DNA of 64,000 nt, taken from contig JBCBUK010000002.1 of assembly GCA_039818205.1 (NCBI GenBank), positions 256,001 through 320,000 of the forward strand. Reading direction: 5' to 3'. Position 1 is the stretch's first letter. Every line of letters begins with the position of its first letter. The position numbers were made by a program, and so were the translations under genes. The notes beneath the pieces were generated by a model. The model did no database searches. It saw only the letters and a list, made by a program, of their open reading frames with translations, and was not told the origin of the DNA. This document shows positions 38,001-46,913 of the stretch, piece by piece. The stretch comes from Verrucomicrobiota bacterium. GTDB taxonomy: Bacteria; Verrucomicrobiota; Verrucomicrobiia; Opitutales; Cerasicoccaceae.

Positions 38001-38251
38001 CCTCTCTGACAACCTTCTGCGGTCTGATGCCGATTTTGTTTGAGAAGAGCCTCCAGGCCCAGTTCCTGATCCCGATGGCAATCTCACTCAGCTTCGGTAT
38101 CCTTTTTGCAACATTCATCACACTGTTGCTGGTGCCTGCGACCTATTTGATTCTCGAGGATATCAAGCGGGCTGCTGTCATATCCTGGCGGTGGTTCTGG
38201 GGCAAGCCGCTCAGCTCGTCCACTTCTCCAGGTTCCCGGGTCGATGTCTAG
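35060..38251 (+). CDS. RND efflux permease (AcrB/AcrD/AcrF family)
   Basis: 1063 aa; GIVVDDAIVVGE, GVVVNDSLV, RFRPILLTS. Confidence 0.95.
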   Translation: MINWFARNGVAANLLALVLVLGGLFSMLNVKIELFPQFSFDTISIRVPFRGAAPEEVEEQVITRIEEKIQDLDGIKELRANAIEGVGVVTVEVQKGYDVRKLLDDIKTRVDSIDTFPEESERPVIEENLIRREVMAISIRGDTDEKTLKRLAEEVREDLLATGEVTQVDIIGVRDYEISVEVSETALRRYGLAFEDVVRAVRETSIDLPGGAIKSDGGEILLRTKGQAYEGKEFEDIVLLTREDGTRVMLGEVANINDGFTDEPLAMMTDGLPGVDLVVYEVGNQNPLGISAKVKEYVKEKEKTLPDGFTLSTWRDTSYYLWGRLNMLIENGALGLVLVLTVLTIFLRPSLAFWVTLGIPISFLGTFFVMPWIDTSVNLISLFGFILVLGIVVDDAIVVGESVFTEFQRSGPGVESSVRGTHAVATPVTFAVLTTAVAFTPLLILPGFEGKFLKAIPMVVIPTLLFSLVESKLILPYHLSLCNVGGRDRGKINAFQRFQRRISDGLEYCIDKYYRPFLALALHNRYATIAAFVGILALTFALIGGGRVKIVPFPAVPSDYIGVLFKYPDGTPASVSQQGIDRINAALDRVIQDSMDAGRPNPVDKHQTVIGVQAFGGGPGGSSSSSVQSHQGQVVVELRKSELRQDEDSAVLLANRWREEVGQIPGLKEISFEATAAGGAGEPVDIQISGGTLAELRQVANEVKEVLRNYDGIFDIRDNLADGQKEIQLKIKPSAEALGLTQASLGQQVRSAFFGAEAQRVQRGRDDVRVMVRYPREERESVGNLEQMRIRTPDGREVPFSEVAEIEVGLGYAAINRVERERVVNIFADADKGRIDLEAVKDKLQEDVLPKVIEKYDGVTFTFEGESKEVEEGNRSLMTSTLLVFFVMYALLAIPFKSYLQPLIVMMVIPFGLVGAVWGHVLMGHNLSRLSFFGIIALAGVVVNDSLVLVDYINRQRAKGVPLLDAVWEAGAARFRPILLTSLTTFCGLMPILFEKSLQAQFLIPMAISLSFGILFATFITLLLVPATYLILEDIKRAAVISWRWFWGKPLSSSTSPGSRVDV

Positions 38252-39015
38252 GTGTCCAAATCGGGATGATCGATCATCACGAGGCCCATCTTTGGTTTGC
38301 CTTTCATCGCTTCGTTAACGGACTTCGACAGTTCCAGTCTAAGATCGTGGTATTGCTTTTTCAGGCCGCTCATTTGCTGATTGATATTTGAGGCGGCAGC
38401 TTGTCTCTGAAGTCGTGCGGGGTCGCTCTGAGTGCGAATGATGCCAATAGGCGCGCCAATGCTTGCCCCCTGAGAGTGGGTTGCGCGTGTGGCGCGATTC
38501 TCCTGTTTCATTATTCGAAGTTGCGCCTGGTATTGTTGAAGCTGGTCTTCGATCGATTCCATCTGTGTTTTTACTTGTTTCGTCTTCGGATCGGTCAATT
38601 CGGCAATGTAAAAACGGGCGTCGCGAATAGCCGTGGTGGCGCAGACCTTTGCGACCGCTAGAGCAATGTCTTCACGTGGATTGGTTAGTGACAGCGTAAA
38701 AACGTGGCGTTCAGGATCGGGTTGGATGGTGAGCGCGCTGCGGATCGCTTGGCTGATCGCATCGGAATTGCGGGGATTATTGATGCCCACAGATCGACAA
38801 TACTCGTCTCGAGTCGTTGAGAGCCTCATGGTTACATCACGAACGTAATCGTCGGAGTTGAGGAAGTTTGTGGCTTTTTCCATCGCCTGATCGGGGTCGA
38901 TGCCCGCGATATCACCCGGCCAAATCAATTGGAGAGTTGTGGTCGCCGTTGCGGAGAAGGATTGGGAAGTGAACAGGCAGCCGAGGAAGGCTAGGAATGA
39001 CAATCGATGGAGCAT
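38248..39015 (-). CDS. Secreted protein resembling the periplasmic domain of Wzz/Wzc polysaccharide co-polymerases
   Basis: ATG 39015 gives signal peptide MLHRLSFLAFLGCLFTSQSFSA; FLNSDDYVRDV, LTIQPDPERHVFTLSL, DIALAVAK, long coiled coil, ends VMIDHP. Confidence 0.6.
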   Translation of the reverse strand: MLHRLSFLAFLGCLFTSQSFSATATTTLQLIWPGDIAGIDPDQAMEKATNFLNSDDYVRDVTMRLSTTRDEYCRSVGINNPRNSDAISQAIRSALTIQPDPERHVFTLSLTNPREDIALAVAKVCATTAIRDARFYIAELTDPKTKQVKTQMESIEDQLQQYQAQLRIMKQENRATRATHSQGASIGAPIGIIRTQSDPARLQRQAAASNINQQMSGLKKQYHDLRLELSKSVNEAMKGKPKMGLVMIDHPDLDT

Positions 39016-39119
39016 GCAATTGAGTCTGTCTAAGCTGCGAACCGCATTCAAGACCACAGTTCTGTTCACCAGATCGCGGTGTTTCTTGGTCCGGTCGCTT
39101 TGTTCAGGCAGTAGAATCT

Positions 39120-39137
39120 GTTCAAAAACTCTTGAAC
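39120..39137. promoter_or_regulatory. Inverted repeat, candidate operator of the GbsR-family regulator
   Basis: GTTCAA-AAACTC-TTGAAC 30 nt before ATG 39168; extra TGTTCA at 39063 and 39101. Confidence 0.55.
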
Positions 39138-39167
39138 TTTGGAGCAATCTCAGTTTCATACAACCCG

Positions 39168-39698
39168 ATGCCCCAATTGCCCGCAAAGTCAGCATCGACG
39201 CCGTCGGATCCCGAAAATTCAGCGGCGAATACGGTATTGGACGAATGGGAGCACGTAGTGATCGAGACCTTTGTTCATGCTGCACAGTTGATCGGCATTC
39301 CGAAATCGGTGGGTCAAATCTATGGACTCCTGTTTTGCCGAGAAGTGGCGCTGCCCATGGACAGCATTATGGAGACTCTTGGCATCTCCAAGGGCTCTGG
39401 GAGTATGGGTTTGAAAACACTGCGCCAAATTGGCGCAGTAAAGGTGGTTTTCGTTGTTGGCGATCGGCGCGATCATTATATCGCGGAGTTGAAGCTTCGA
39501 AAGTTGGTTTCCGGCTTTATTAGCGAGCAAGTGCGACCTCATTTGGATAGTGGTAGTGAGCGCTTGGATCACTTGGAGAAGCTTGTTGACGATCTACCGG
39601 AGGGGGACCGGAAGCTTGCGGAATCGCGTTTGGAAATATTGCGCTCGTGGCATGGGAAGACGGCGAAGGTGTTACCGGTCATTCAAAAGTTCCTCTGA
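39168..39698 (+). CDS. GbsR/MarR-family transcriptional regulator
   Basis: GIPKSVGQIYGLLF, LGISKGSGSMGLKTL, GDRRDHY. Confidence 0.9.
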   Translation: MPQLPAKSASTPSDPENSAANTVLDEWEHVVIETFVHAAQLIGIPKSVGQIYGLLFCREVALPMDSIMETLGISKGSGSMGLKTLRQIGAVKVVFVVGDRRDHYIAELKLRKLVSGFISEQVRPHLDSGSERLDHLEKLVDDLPEGDRKLAESRLEILRSWHGKTAKVLPVIQKFL

Positions 39699-39794
39699 TT
39701 TTCTTTTTCGGCAGTATTCGGCTGCTTTTTGGCCCTATGGGCAACCTGACAGTATTATTATTTCTATATTGGCTTTCTGTCTCCGACGGTCCCG

Positions 39795-39811
39795 GCCAAG
39801 GGCGGCAGCGT
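39795..39811 (+). promoter_or_regulatory. JUMPstart/ops-like element
   Basis: GCCAAGGGCGGCAGCGT versus enterobacterial GCCAGGGGCGGTAGCGT (15/17), 24 nt before gmhA; the key ops T is C here. Confidence 0.35.
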
Positions 39812-39835
39812 CTTTAGTTGCCAGACTTCGTATTG

Positions 39836-40408
39836 ATGAGTGCAAAAATTCAACATGAGATTGACGAGCTAGCGGCAGTGGTTGCTGATACGCGTCTCCT
39901 TGCGCCCGGAATTGAATCCTCGGGGCAGCGCCTGATTGATGTCTTGCGCGGCGGAGGCAAGATTTTGACCTGCGGTAATGGCGGTAGTGCTACCGATGCT
40001 CTGCATTTAGCCGAGGAGTTTGTGGGACGGTATAAAGGAGAGCGCCCGTCATTGCCGGCGATCTGCTTAAGTGCGGATGTTTCGGTGCTGACCTGCATTG
40101 CCAATGACTATGGGTTTGAAGCTGTCTTTTCTCGTGCAGTTGAAGGCTTGGGTAAGCCAGGGGATGCGTTAGTGGGAATATCCACAAGTGGAAACTCCGA
40201 GAACATATTACGCGCATTTAGCGTGGCTCGTCAGCGGGGGATGGTAACGATTCTCCTGAGCGGAAAATCTGGCGGCGCGGCAAAAGGGCAATGTGATTTT
40301 GAGCTGATTGTTCCGAGTGAAACCACTGCTCGAATCCAAGAAATCCACACACTTATCCTCCATTGTTGGTTGGAGATGGTAGAAGCGGAGAATTGGAGCG
40401 CGCAATGA
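39836..40408 (+). CDS. gmhA: D-sedoheptulose-7-phosphate isomerase
   Basis: CGNGGSATDALH, IANDYG, ISTSGNSEN, TARIQEIH. Confidence 0.93.
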   Translation: MSAKIQHEIDELAAVVADTRLLAPGIESSGQRLIDVLRGGGKILTCGNGGSATDALHLAEEFVGRYKGERPSLPAICLSADVSVLTCIANDYGFEAVFSRAVEGLGKPGDALVGISTSGNSENILRAFSVARQRGMVTILLSGKSGGAAKGQCDFELIVPSETTARIQEIHTLILHCWLEMVEAENWSAQ

Positions 40409-41403
40409 CACCTCGATTAAACGAGCTGATTCAGTCACTTCCTGATGTTCGAATTCTGGTGGTGGGAGATATCATGCTCGACCATTACATTTGGGGAGAC
40501 GCCACGCGGATTTCTCCCGAAGCACCCGTTCCAGTAGTCAACGTTTACGAGGATACTTGGCAGGCTGGAGGTGCCGCTAATGTAGCGCTAAATTTGACTG
40601 CCCTTTCTGTAAATGCCGGTATTGTCGGGGTGTGTGCCGAAGATGACGCGGGCGACAAGCTAAGAGCCATTTTCGATGAGCGGGGTGTCGACCGCAAGGG
40701 TCTTCAAATGACGAATGAAGCGCCGACGATTCGGAAGACACGCATCGTTGTCCAGAAGCAGCAAATTTGCCGAGTCGATCGTGAATCGTCTACCAATCAA
40801 TACGCTCTGCCTGATCTAGCGGAGATTCAGCAGGCCTGTCGCGATGTTGATGCAGTGATCGTTTCCGACTACGCGAAGGGCGTTGTATCTAATGAATTGC
40901 TGAACTTGCTGGCTGGAGAGCGGGTCGATTCTCGGCCTTTGCTGGCGATTGATCCGAAACCGAAACGGCGTCTAGATTATGAAGGGGCTGATTTAATTAC
41001 TCCTAATCGCAGCGAAGCCCTGGAGCTGGCTGGAATCAGTATCGGTCATCATGATCCGTTTCCGGCGCGTGCCGTTTGTGATGCGATTTGGAAAGCCTAT
41101 CATCCCCATCGGCTTGTCGTAACCCTTGGAGCTGGGGGGATGCTGCTTGTCCGGGAGGGCGAGATTCTTGGTCGGTTACCAACGCGTGCTCGTGAAGTAT
41201 TTGATGTATCCGGCGCGGGTGATACCGTGATCTCGGTTTTAACGGCAGCGCTGGCGGCAGGAGCAACCCTGCTCGAAGCAGCGCACCTTGCCAATGCTGC
41301 TGCGGGAATTGTTGTGGCAAAATTTGGTGCAGCCACTGTTTCTCCCAATGAACTTCAATCTATTGACCTTGAGAGTGACCTCGAGTTAATCCAGGTCGAT
41401 TGA
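40405..41403 (+). CDS. rfaE1: Heptose-7-phosphate kinase (stand-alone HldE kinase domain, PfkB family)
   Basis: GDIMLDHY, RISPEAPVPV, GGAANVA, SDYAKG, TPNRSEA, DVSGAGDT; ATGA overlap with gmhA. Confidence 0.93.
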   Translation: MTPRLNELIQSLPDVRILVVGDIMLDHYIWGDATRISPEAPVPVVNVYEDTWQAGGAANVALNLTALSVNAGIVGVCAEDDAGDKLRAIFDERGVDRKGLQMTNEAPTIRKTRIVVQKQQICRVDRESSTNQYALPDLAEIQQACRDVDAVIVSDYAKGVVSNELLNLLAGERVDSRPLLAIDPKPKRRLDYEGADLITPNRSEALELAGISIGHHDPFPARAVCDAIWKAYHPHRLVVTLGAGGMLLVREGEILGRLPTRAREVFDVSGAGDTVISVLTAALAAGATLLEAAHLANAAAGIVVAKFGAATVSPNELQSIDLESDLELIQVD

Positions 41404-41417
41404 GAAAAATTAATCCT

Positions 41418-42395
41418 ATGAAACCTGAATACCAACTCGTTACCGGTGCCGCCGGTTTTATCGGCCAGCGCACAGCGATGCAGCTCCTTGAACGGGGGGA
41501 CAAAGTCGTTGGCATCGATAATATGAATGACTACTACGATGTCCGCCTAAAGCGGCATCGCCTTGAGCAGTTGGAGCAACACCCCAACTTTACCTTTCGC
41601 CAAATAGATATCGAAGACAAAGCGGCGGTGGATCAGTTATTTGATGAGTTCCCGATGAAAACGGTGTTCAACCTGGCGGCCCGTGCCGGGGTCCGCTATA
41701 GCATGGAGAATCCATTTATCTACCTGAGCACAAACTCGGAAGGGACGTTGAATCTCTTAGAAGCGATGCGAAGCCATGGACTCAAGAAAATTGTCCTCGC
41801 ATCGACTTCGTCGCTCTATGCAGGGCAAAAGATGCCCTTTACCGAGGACCTGCCGGTGAACACGCCATTGTCTCCTTACGCTGCCTCGAAGAAGGGCGCC
41901 GAGGTGATGGCCTATAGTTATCATCACCTCTATGGATTTGATGTTTCGGTGGTGCGGTATTTCACCGTTTTTGGCCCGTGCGGTCGCCCGGATATGAGTA
42001 TCTATCGTTTCATCAAATGGATTGATGAAGGTGTGCCCATTACCTTGTATGGAGACGGTGAGCAAAGTCGCGACTTTACCTTCGTTGAAGATATTGCGGC
42101 GGGGACCATTGCGGCAGAAAAGGAAGTGGGCTACGAAATTTTTAACCTGGGCGGTGGTCGAAATCCGATCTCTTTGAACACAATTATCTCTTGGATCGAA
42201 GAAGCGCTTGGAAAGAAGGTTAGCTATGATAGGCGGCCATTCCACTCGGCGGATATGATGGAAACCTGGGCCGATATCTCCAAAGCTGAGCGATTGCTTG
42301 GCTGGCAACCAACGGTTGATGTTCGTGACGGTTTGCAGCGATCCGTTGATTGGTATTTGGAGAACAAGGAGTGGTTGAAAGATGTCGAAGTCTGA
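41418..42395 (+). CDS. NAD-dependent nucleotide-sugar epimerase (UDP-glucuronate 4-epimerase-like)
   Basis: [43 protein letters not shown]. Confidence 0.9.
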   Translation: MKPEYQLVTGAAGFIGQRTAMQLLERGDKVVGIDNMNDYYDVRLKRHRLEQLEQHPNFTFRQIDIEDKAAVDQLFDEFPMKTVFNLAARAGVRYSMENPFIYLSTNSEGTLNLLEAMRSHGLKKIVLASTSSLYAGQKMPFTEDLPVNTPLSPYAASKKGAEVMAYSYHHLYGFDVSVVRYFTVFGPCGRPDMSIYRFIKWIDEGVPITLYGDGEQSRDFTFVEDIAAGTIAAEKEVGYEIFNLGGGRNPISLNTIISWIEEALGKKVSYDRRPFHSADMMETWADISKAERLLGWQPTVDVRDGLQRSVDWYLENKEWLKDVEV

Positions 42396-43185
42396 GCCCG
42401 CATTGAAGTTGATTGCTGGCCCATGCGCGCTTGAGAGCTGGGACGTGTGTTCTCAAGTGGCGGAAAAACTATCGCAATGGCGAGACGCTTTTCCGTCGCT
42501 AAGTATCGTTTTCAAAGGATCCTTTGATAAAGCAAATCGAACGTCGCTGGAAAGTCCACGAGGACCGGGCTTGGAAGCTGGCTTGGCGATGTTGTTGCGA
42601 GTCAGGAAGGAATTCGGCTTTCCGGTTTTAACCGATTTTCATTTGCCCGAACAAGCAGCTCCAGTGGGAGAAGTCTGCGATATTTTGCAGGTGCCCGCAT
42701 TCCTTTGCCGGCAAACAGATTTATTGGTTGCCGCGGCCGAGACCGGCAAAGTTGTTAACGTGAAGAAGGGTCAGTTTTTGTCTCCCTTTGAGATGGAGTT
42801 TGTGGTGAACAAGCTGGAAGGCGCTGGCGCGAAGGAGATCTGGTTGACCGAACGAGGATCCACCTTTGGATACCAAAACCTCGTGGCAGATATGCGAAGT
42901 TTTTCGATTATGGGGCAGTGGGGGCATCCGGTTATTTTCGATGCCACGCACAGTGTTCAGATTCCTGGCGGTGCCGGTGGCAAGAGCGGCGGCCAGCGAG
43001 AATTTGTTTTCCCATTGGCTCGAGCAGCTTTGGCAGCGGGAGCAAATGGCCTATTTATGGAAACGCATCCTCAGCCGGATACGGCCATCTCGGATGCACA
43101 GAGTCAGGTGCCTTTGGATGCCCTCGAGAACGAACTTCCTAGATTTATTTCTCTTTGGAAAGCTCTGCAGGACAAAGTGAATTAG
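42382..43185 (+). CDS. kdsA: KDO 8-phosphate synthase
   Basis: [44 protein letters not shown]. Confidence 0.96.
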   Translation: MSKSEPALKLIAGPCALESWDVCSQVAEKLSQWRDAFPSLSIVFKGSFDKANRTSLESPRGPGLEAGLAMLLRVRKEFGFPVLTDFHLPEQAAPVGEVCDILQVPAFLCRQTDLLVAAAETGKVVNVKKGQFLSPFEMEFVVNKLEGAGAKEIWLTERGSTFGYQNLVADMRSFSIMGQWGHPVIFDATHSVQIPGGAGGKSGGQREFVFPLARAALAAGANGLFMETHPQPDTAISDAQSQVPLDALENELPRFISLWKALQDKVN

Positions 43186-44165
43186 TGAGTCACCTAGAGA
43201 CAGCACAGCAGGTTTTTCGAGACGAGATTGCATCGTTGACGACGACGCTATCAAGAATTGAGGGTGATTTTGATCGGGCAGTTGAGCTAATAAGCTCGTT
43301 GCCAGGCAAGATTGTCGTCGCCGGACTTGGAAAGTCGGGTCTGATTGGCGCGAAGATTTCGGCGACACTGGCGAGTACAGGAACCTCTGCCATTTTTATG
43401 AATGCGTCGGAGGCACTTCACGGAGATCTAGGATTTGTTTCCAAGGGAGATGCAGTGCTCATGATCTCCAATAGCGGTGCGACCGTTGAGCTCGTAAAGA
43501 TGCTGCCCTTTTTGGAGCGGATGGGTATCCCAGTGATCGGCATTCTTGGCAATGTAGATACGCCGTTGGCTCAGCGGTGCCAGGTGGTTTTGGATGCGAG
43601 TGTCGAACGGGAAGCTTGCCCGTTAAACTTAGCCCCAATGAGCAGCACAACCGTTGCCCTAGTAATTGGGGATGCTTTGGCTGCTGCGCTCATGAAATTG
43701 CGCCAGTTTGGAGCTGATGAATTTGCTCTTCGCCATCCTGGTGGTGGGCTTGGTGTGCGCTTGTTGTTGAAGGTTGATGACTTAATGCACAGTGGTGATA
43801 CGCTTCCAACGATTAAGCCAGATGCCTCGTTCCGCGAGGTAATCGCTGAGTCAACTCGACCAAACCTTGGTGCGGCCTGTGTCGTCGAAGAAGGCGGCGT
43901 CCTCGCCGGAATAATCACGGATGGTGATGTGCGTCGGTCGTTACTTGATGTGAACGTGATGGGGGCGAGCGCAGCGGAGCTGATGACAAAAAATCCGGTT
44001 ACCATTAGTTCTGGTAGTTCGATTAGCGATGCGCTTGAGATTATGGAAGGGCGCAAGATTTACGTATTGCCAGTAATTGAGTCCGCGTCGCGCCGATTGC
44101 TTGGACTCTTGCGGATGCACGATATCATGGCCGATTTCTCTCCTGAACATGGCGCGACCCGTTAA
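43185..44165 (+). CDS. kdsD: Arabinose-5-phosphate isomerase (KdsD/KpsF/GutQ; SIS + CBS)
   Basis: GLGKSG, EALHGDLG, SNSG, EACPLNLAP, HPGG.LG, GIITDGD; GTG at 43185 overlaps the kdsA stop. Confidence 0.93.
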   Translation: MSHLETAQQVFRDEIASLTTTLSRIEGDFDRAVELISSLPGKIVVAGLGKSGLIGAKISATLASTGTSAIFMNASEALHGDLGFVSKGDAVLMISNSGATVELVKMLPFLERMGIPVIGILGNVDTPLAQRCQVVLDASVEREACPLNLAPMSSTTVALVIGDALAAALMKLRQFGADEFALRHPGGGLGVRLLLKVDDLMHSGDTLPTIKPDASFREVIAESTRPNLGAACVVEEGGVLAGIITDGDVRRSLLDVNVMGASAAELMTKNPVTISSGSSISDALEIMEGRKIYVLPVIESASRRLLGLLRMHDIMADFSPEHGATR

Positions 44166-45693
44166 GACAGTCGATTCGGCCGAACAGGTTTATGACCCGG
44201 TCGAAGCTTTCCGGCGCGCTAGCAACCCGGGGGCGGCAGGTCGTTCCACTATCGCGCCGCGCGAATGGATTATTATCTATGCGGCAGCTCCGGCACTAAT
44301 CGTTTCGCCGTTTCTACTTGGCGGCATGGTTTGGTGGGCGCAGGTCGCGATTGCAATCATGCAGGCCATTCCTTTCTTGCTCGTGTTGCTGCCGATTCCG
44401 GGGCCGATTGCTTGGAAAGAACGGATGGTTCGGCTATTGCGATTTCCGCCTTTCTGGCTCGGCGGAACGTTTGTCCTCTACGTGATTATTCAGGCGCTCA
44501 ACCCAAGTTGGGAGCAAGTCTACATTGATTCGACAAGTTACTATGTTGGTGAGCGTAAGCCGGAGTATTTTATCTCATGGCTTCCCACGAGTATGAATAC
44601 GAATTTCTATGTTATGAATCCCTGGAGGATGGTGGTTTTTTGGGCCGGAGCTTGGGCATTTGTATGTGCCCTTTGGGCCGGACTGAGAAGTCGCCGTGCT
44701 TGGCTCGCGATTGCCTGGATTGCGTTGGGAACGGGAGCGGTTTTAAGCATGGCAAGTATTGTGCACCACCTTTCCTCCAACGAATACTTATTCTGGATCA
44801 CGGAGTATAAGCGCAATATCAACGCCTTTGGACCGTTTGTTTACCGAAACCAAGGAGCGGCCTATCTGTATCTATCCATGGGAATTGGATTCGCCTTGTT
44901 CTTTCACCTGCTGAATCGAAATGGATTGCGATCGGGCCTTCCGTTAGTGGCGTTGATGCTGGCGTTCGTCTGTGGCCTGGGCGTGGCAATCAATGCATCT
45001 CGTGGTGGATGGATTGGGGGCGCATGCGTCGTGCTCGCATTCATCGTGTTTTTGCCGTTCGCAATTCGCTGGAGGGACGGTTTTTCATGGGGATCACTGG
45101 TTGGTTTTGCGGCCGTCTTGATCTGCATGGGAGGGATCGGCTTTTGGTATTCCTCCACGATGGACTTTAGCGAAATTGACGAGAAGTGGACCAAGATTAT
45201 GGAGGAGCGTGACGACGAGGCATCGATTGGCGCTCGGATTGTCCTAACTGAGATAACTTGGCAGATGTTTAAAGACAAACCGCTTACTGGTTGGGGAGGC
45301 GGGAGTTTTCATTACCAGTTCCCTTACTACGCTGCTGCTTATCCAGAGATATATTTTGTTGGTCGGAGTTGGTGGAGTCAGTATGGGAAAGTCCTTCGAA
45401 AGTACCGGCAGGCCCATAACGATATCGTCCAGTTTCTGTCCGATTACGGAATTATTGGCTGCTCATTTTTGTTTCTGTGCGGCCTGTATTGGTTCGTGAG
45501 GCCAATTCTCAGTCTTTCTTTTTCCGTAGAAGGCCTGATGGCACTGTCAGTTGCTTTCGCCTTTTTGGTTCACAACTTTGCTGATTTTTTTCTGCAAAAT
45601 TCAATCACGCTTCAGAGTTGGCTGATCTTACTGTTGTTATCTGCTGGCCTTAAAGTTTCGAATCGACCGCAACGACGATCGCGGTCGGCTTGA
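44149..45693 (+). CDS. O-antigen ligase (WaaL/Wzy_C) family membrane protein
   Basis: Many TM; FGPFVYRNQ, ASRGG, TGWGGGSF, AHNDIVQ..DYGIIG. Confidence 0.88.
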   Translation: MARPVKTVDSAEQVYDPVEAFRRASNPGAAGRSTIAPREWIIIYAAAPALIVSPFLLGGMVWWAQVAIAIMQAIPFLLVLLPIPGPIAWKERMVRLLRFPPFWLGGTFVLYVIIQALNPSWEQVYIDSTSYYVGERKPEYFISWLPTSMNTNFYVMNPWRMVVFWAGAWAFVCALWAGLRSRRAWLAIAWIALGTGAVLSMASIVHHLSSNEYLFWITEYKRNINAFGPFVYRNQGAAYLYLSMGIGFALFFHLLNRNGLRSGLPLVALMLAFVCGLGVAINASRGGWIGGACVVLAFIVFLPFAIRWRDGFSWGSLVGFAAVLICMGGIGFWYSSTMDFSEIDEKWTKIMEERDDEASIGARIVLTEITWQMFKDKPLTGWGGGSFHYQFPYYAAAYPEIYFVGRSWWSQYGKVLRKYRQAHNDIVQFLSDYGIIGCSFLFLCGLYWFVRPILSLSFSVEGLMALSVAFAFLVHNFADFFLQNSITLQSWLILLLLSAGLKVSNRPQRRSRSA

Positions 45694-45866
45694 ACCGTTT
45701 ACTGGGATGGTCACGCTTGAATATTAAGTTCCCGTTTAGCTGGATCGAGGTTGAATCGGCAGCTTTATCCGAATTTGGGAAACGCCGGGAGCTTGCGCTT
45801 TAGAAATCTCCGGAGTATTTCAGGCACGTATATTCTTTGGCTACTAGTCCAGTTTCCTAACGTTTC

Positions 45867-46913
45867 ATGTCTCAAATGACAAAATCAGAGACTCCTTTGT
45901 TTAGCGTCGTGATTCCGCTATATAATAAGCAGGATACGATACGGGACACGTTAGAGTCGGTAAGAAAACAGACCTTTGAAGAGTTCGAAGTGGTTGTAAT
46001 CGACGATGGATCAACCGACGGTAGTCCTGAGATTGTCCAAGATTTTGTTGTTAGCGATGCCCGGTTTCGAGTTTTTCGCCAAGAAAACGCCCATGTGAGC
46101 GCTGCTCGCAACCACGGGGTTCGCAGATCTTGTGGTCACCTTGTTGCATTCTTGGATGCGGATGATTTTTGGAAACCAGATCATTTAGAAAATCTTAAGA
46201 CACTTTATCAGAGCTATCCTGAAGCCGGGATGTATGGGACGGCTTACACGCGTCATTACACGAGCGGTGGCGCAGTGGCGATGGTGGTGGCTCAGTTTGA
46301 AGGCGCCCATGGTCTTATCGGTGACTATTTCAAGTTGGCGCAGGAGTGTCAGTTTGTATACACGTCGAGCATTGCAGTGCCAAAACGAGTTCTCGATGGA
46401 ATCGACGGGTTTTCTGAGAATGAGAAATCTGGAGGAGAGGATCTCGATGTTTGGATGCGTGTCGCGATTCATCACAAAGTAGCGTATTTTGGACAGAGTA
46501 CGGTCGTATATAATTGTGGTGTCCCGAATCAATTGACCCAAAAAACCTCTGAATCGAGACGGGTCGGAGTTCTTTACCTAAAGAATTTAGCAGAAGCGTA
46601 TGCCGCTAATCGATTCGTGGGAGACCAGGCGCGGAGCGTGAAACGCTATTTAGATCATCACTGTTTCAAGCTAATTGGCTTTCAATTTCGGCGAACTATG
46701 AGTCTTTCTGAGATTAAGAGCTTTCTGGAGCGCTCTGGCTATGACCGACTGGAGCCTTCTCCTGCGATCCGGATGGTCCTTCGGCTGCCGTATGCCCGTA
46801 TTTGGTCCTTCGTTTTTTTGGTTCGACGGTGCCTTCATTCACGACAATTAATTAAGCTATTTGGTGGCGCGATTCGACGAAATGGCATGCTTTACACTTT
46901 AAATATTTCCTAA
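45867..46913 (+). CDS. Glycosyltransferase, GT2
   Basis: SVVIPLYN, DDGSTD, SAARN.G, FLDADD, GEDLD. Confidence 0.93.
   Translation: MSQMTKSETPLFSVVIPLYNKQDTIRDTLESVRKQTFEEFEVVVIDDGSTDGSPEIVQDFVVSDARFRVFRQENAHVSAARNHGVRRSCGHLVAFLDADDFWKPDHLENLKTLYQSYPEAGMYGTAYTRHYTSGGAVAMVVAQFEGAHGLIGDYFKLAQECQFVYTSSIAVPKRVLDGIDGFSENEKSGGEDLDVWMRVAIHHKVAYFGQSTVVYNCGVPNQLTQKTSESRRVGVLYLKNLAEAYAANRFVGDQARSVKRYLDHHCFKLIGFQFRRTMSLSEIKSFLERSGYDRLEPSPAIRMVLRLPYARIWSFVFLVRRCLHSRQLIKLFGGAIRRNGMLYTLNIS

Noticed and set aside
39016..39285. ORF-track extension of the 38248 gene overlapping the GbsR gene
   Set aside because: The signal peptide starts at ATG 39015; the extension crosses the divergent promoter region
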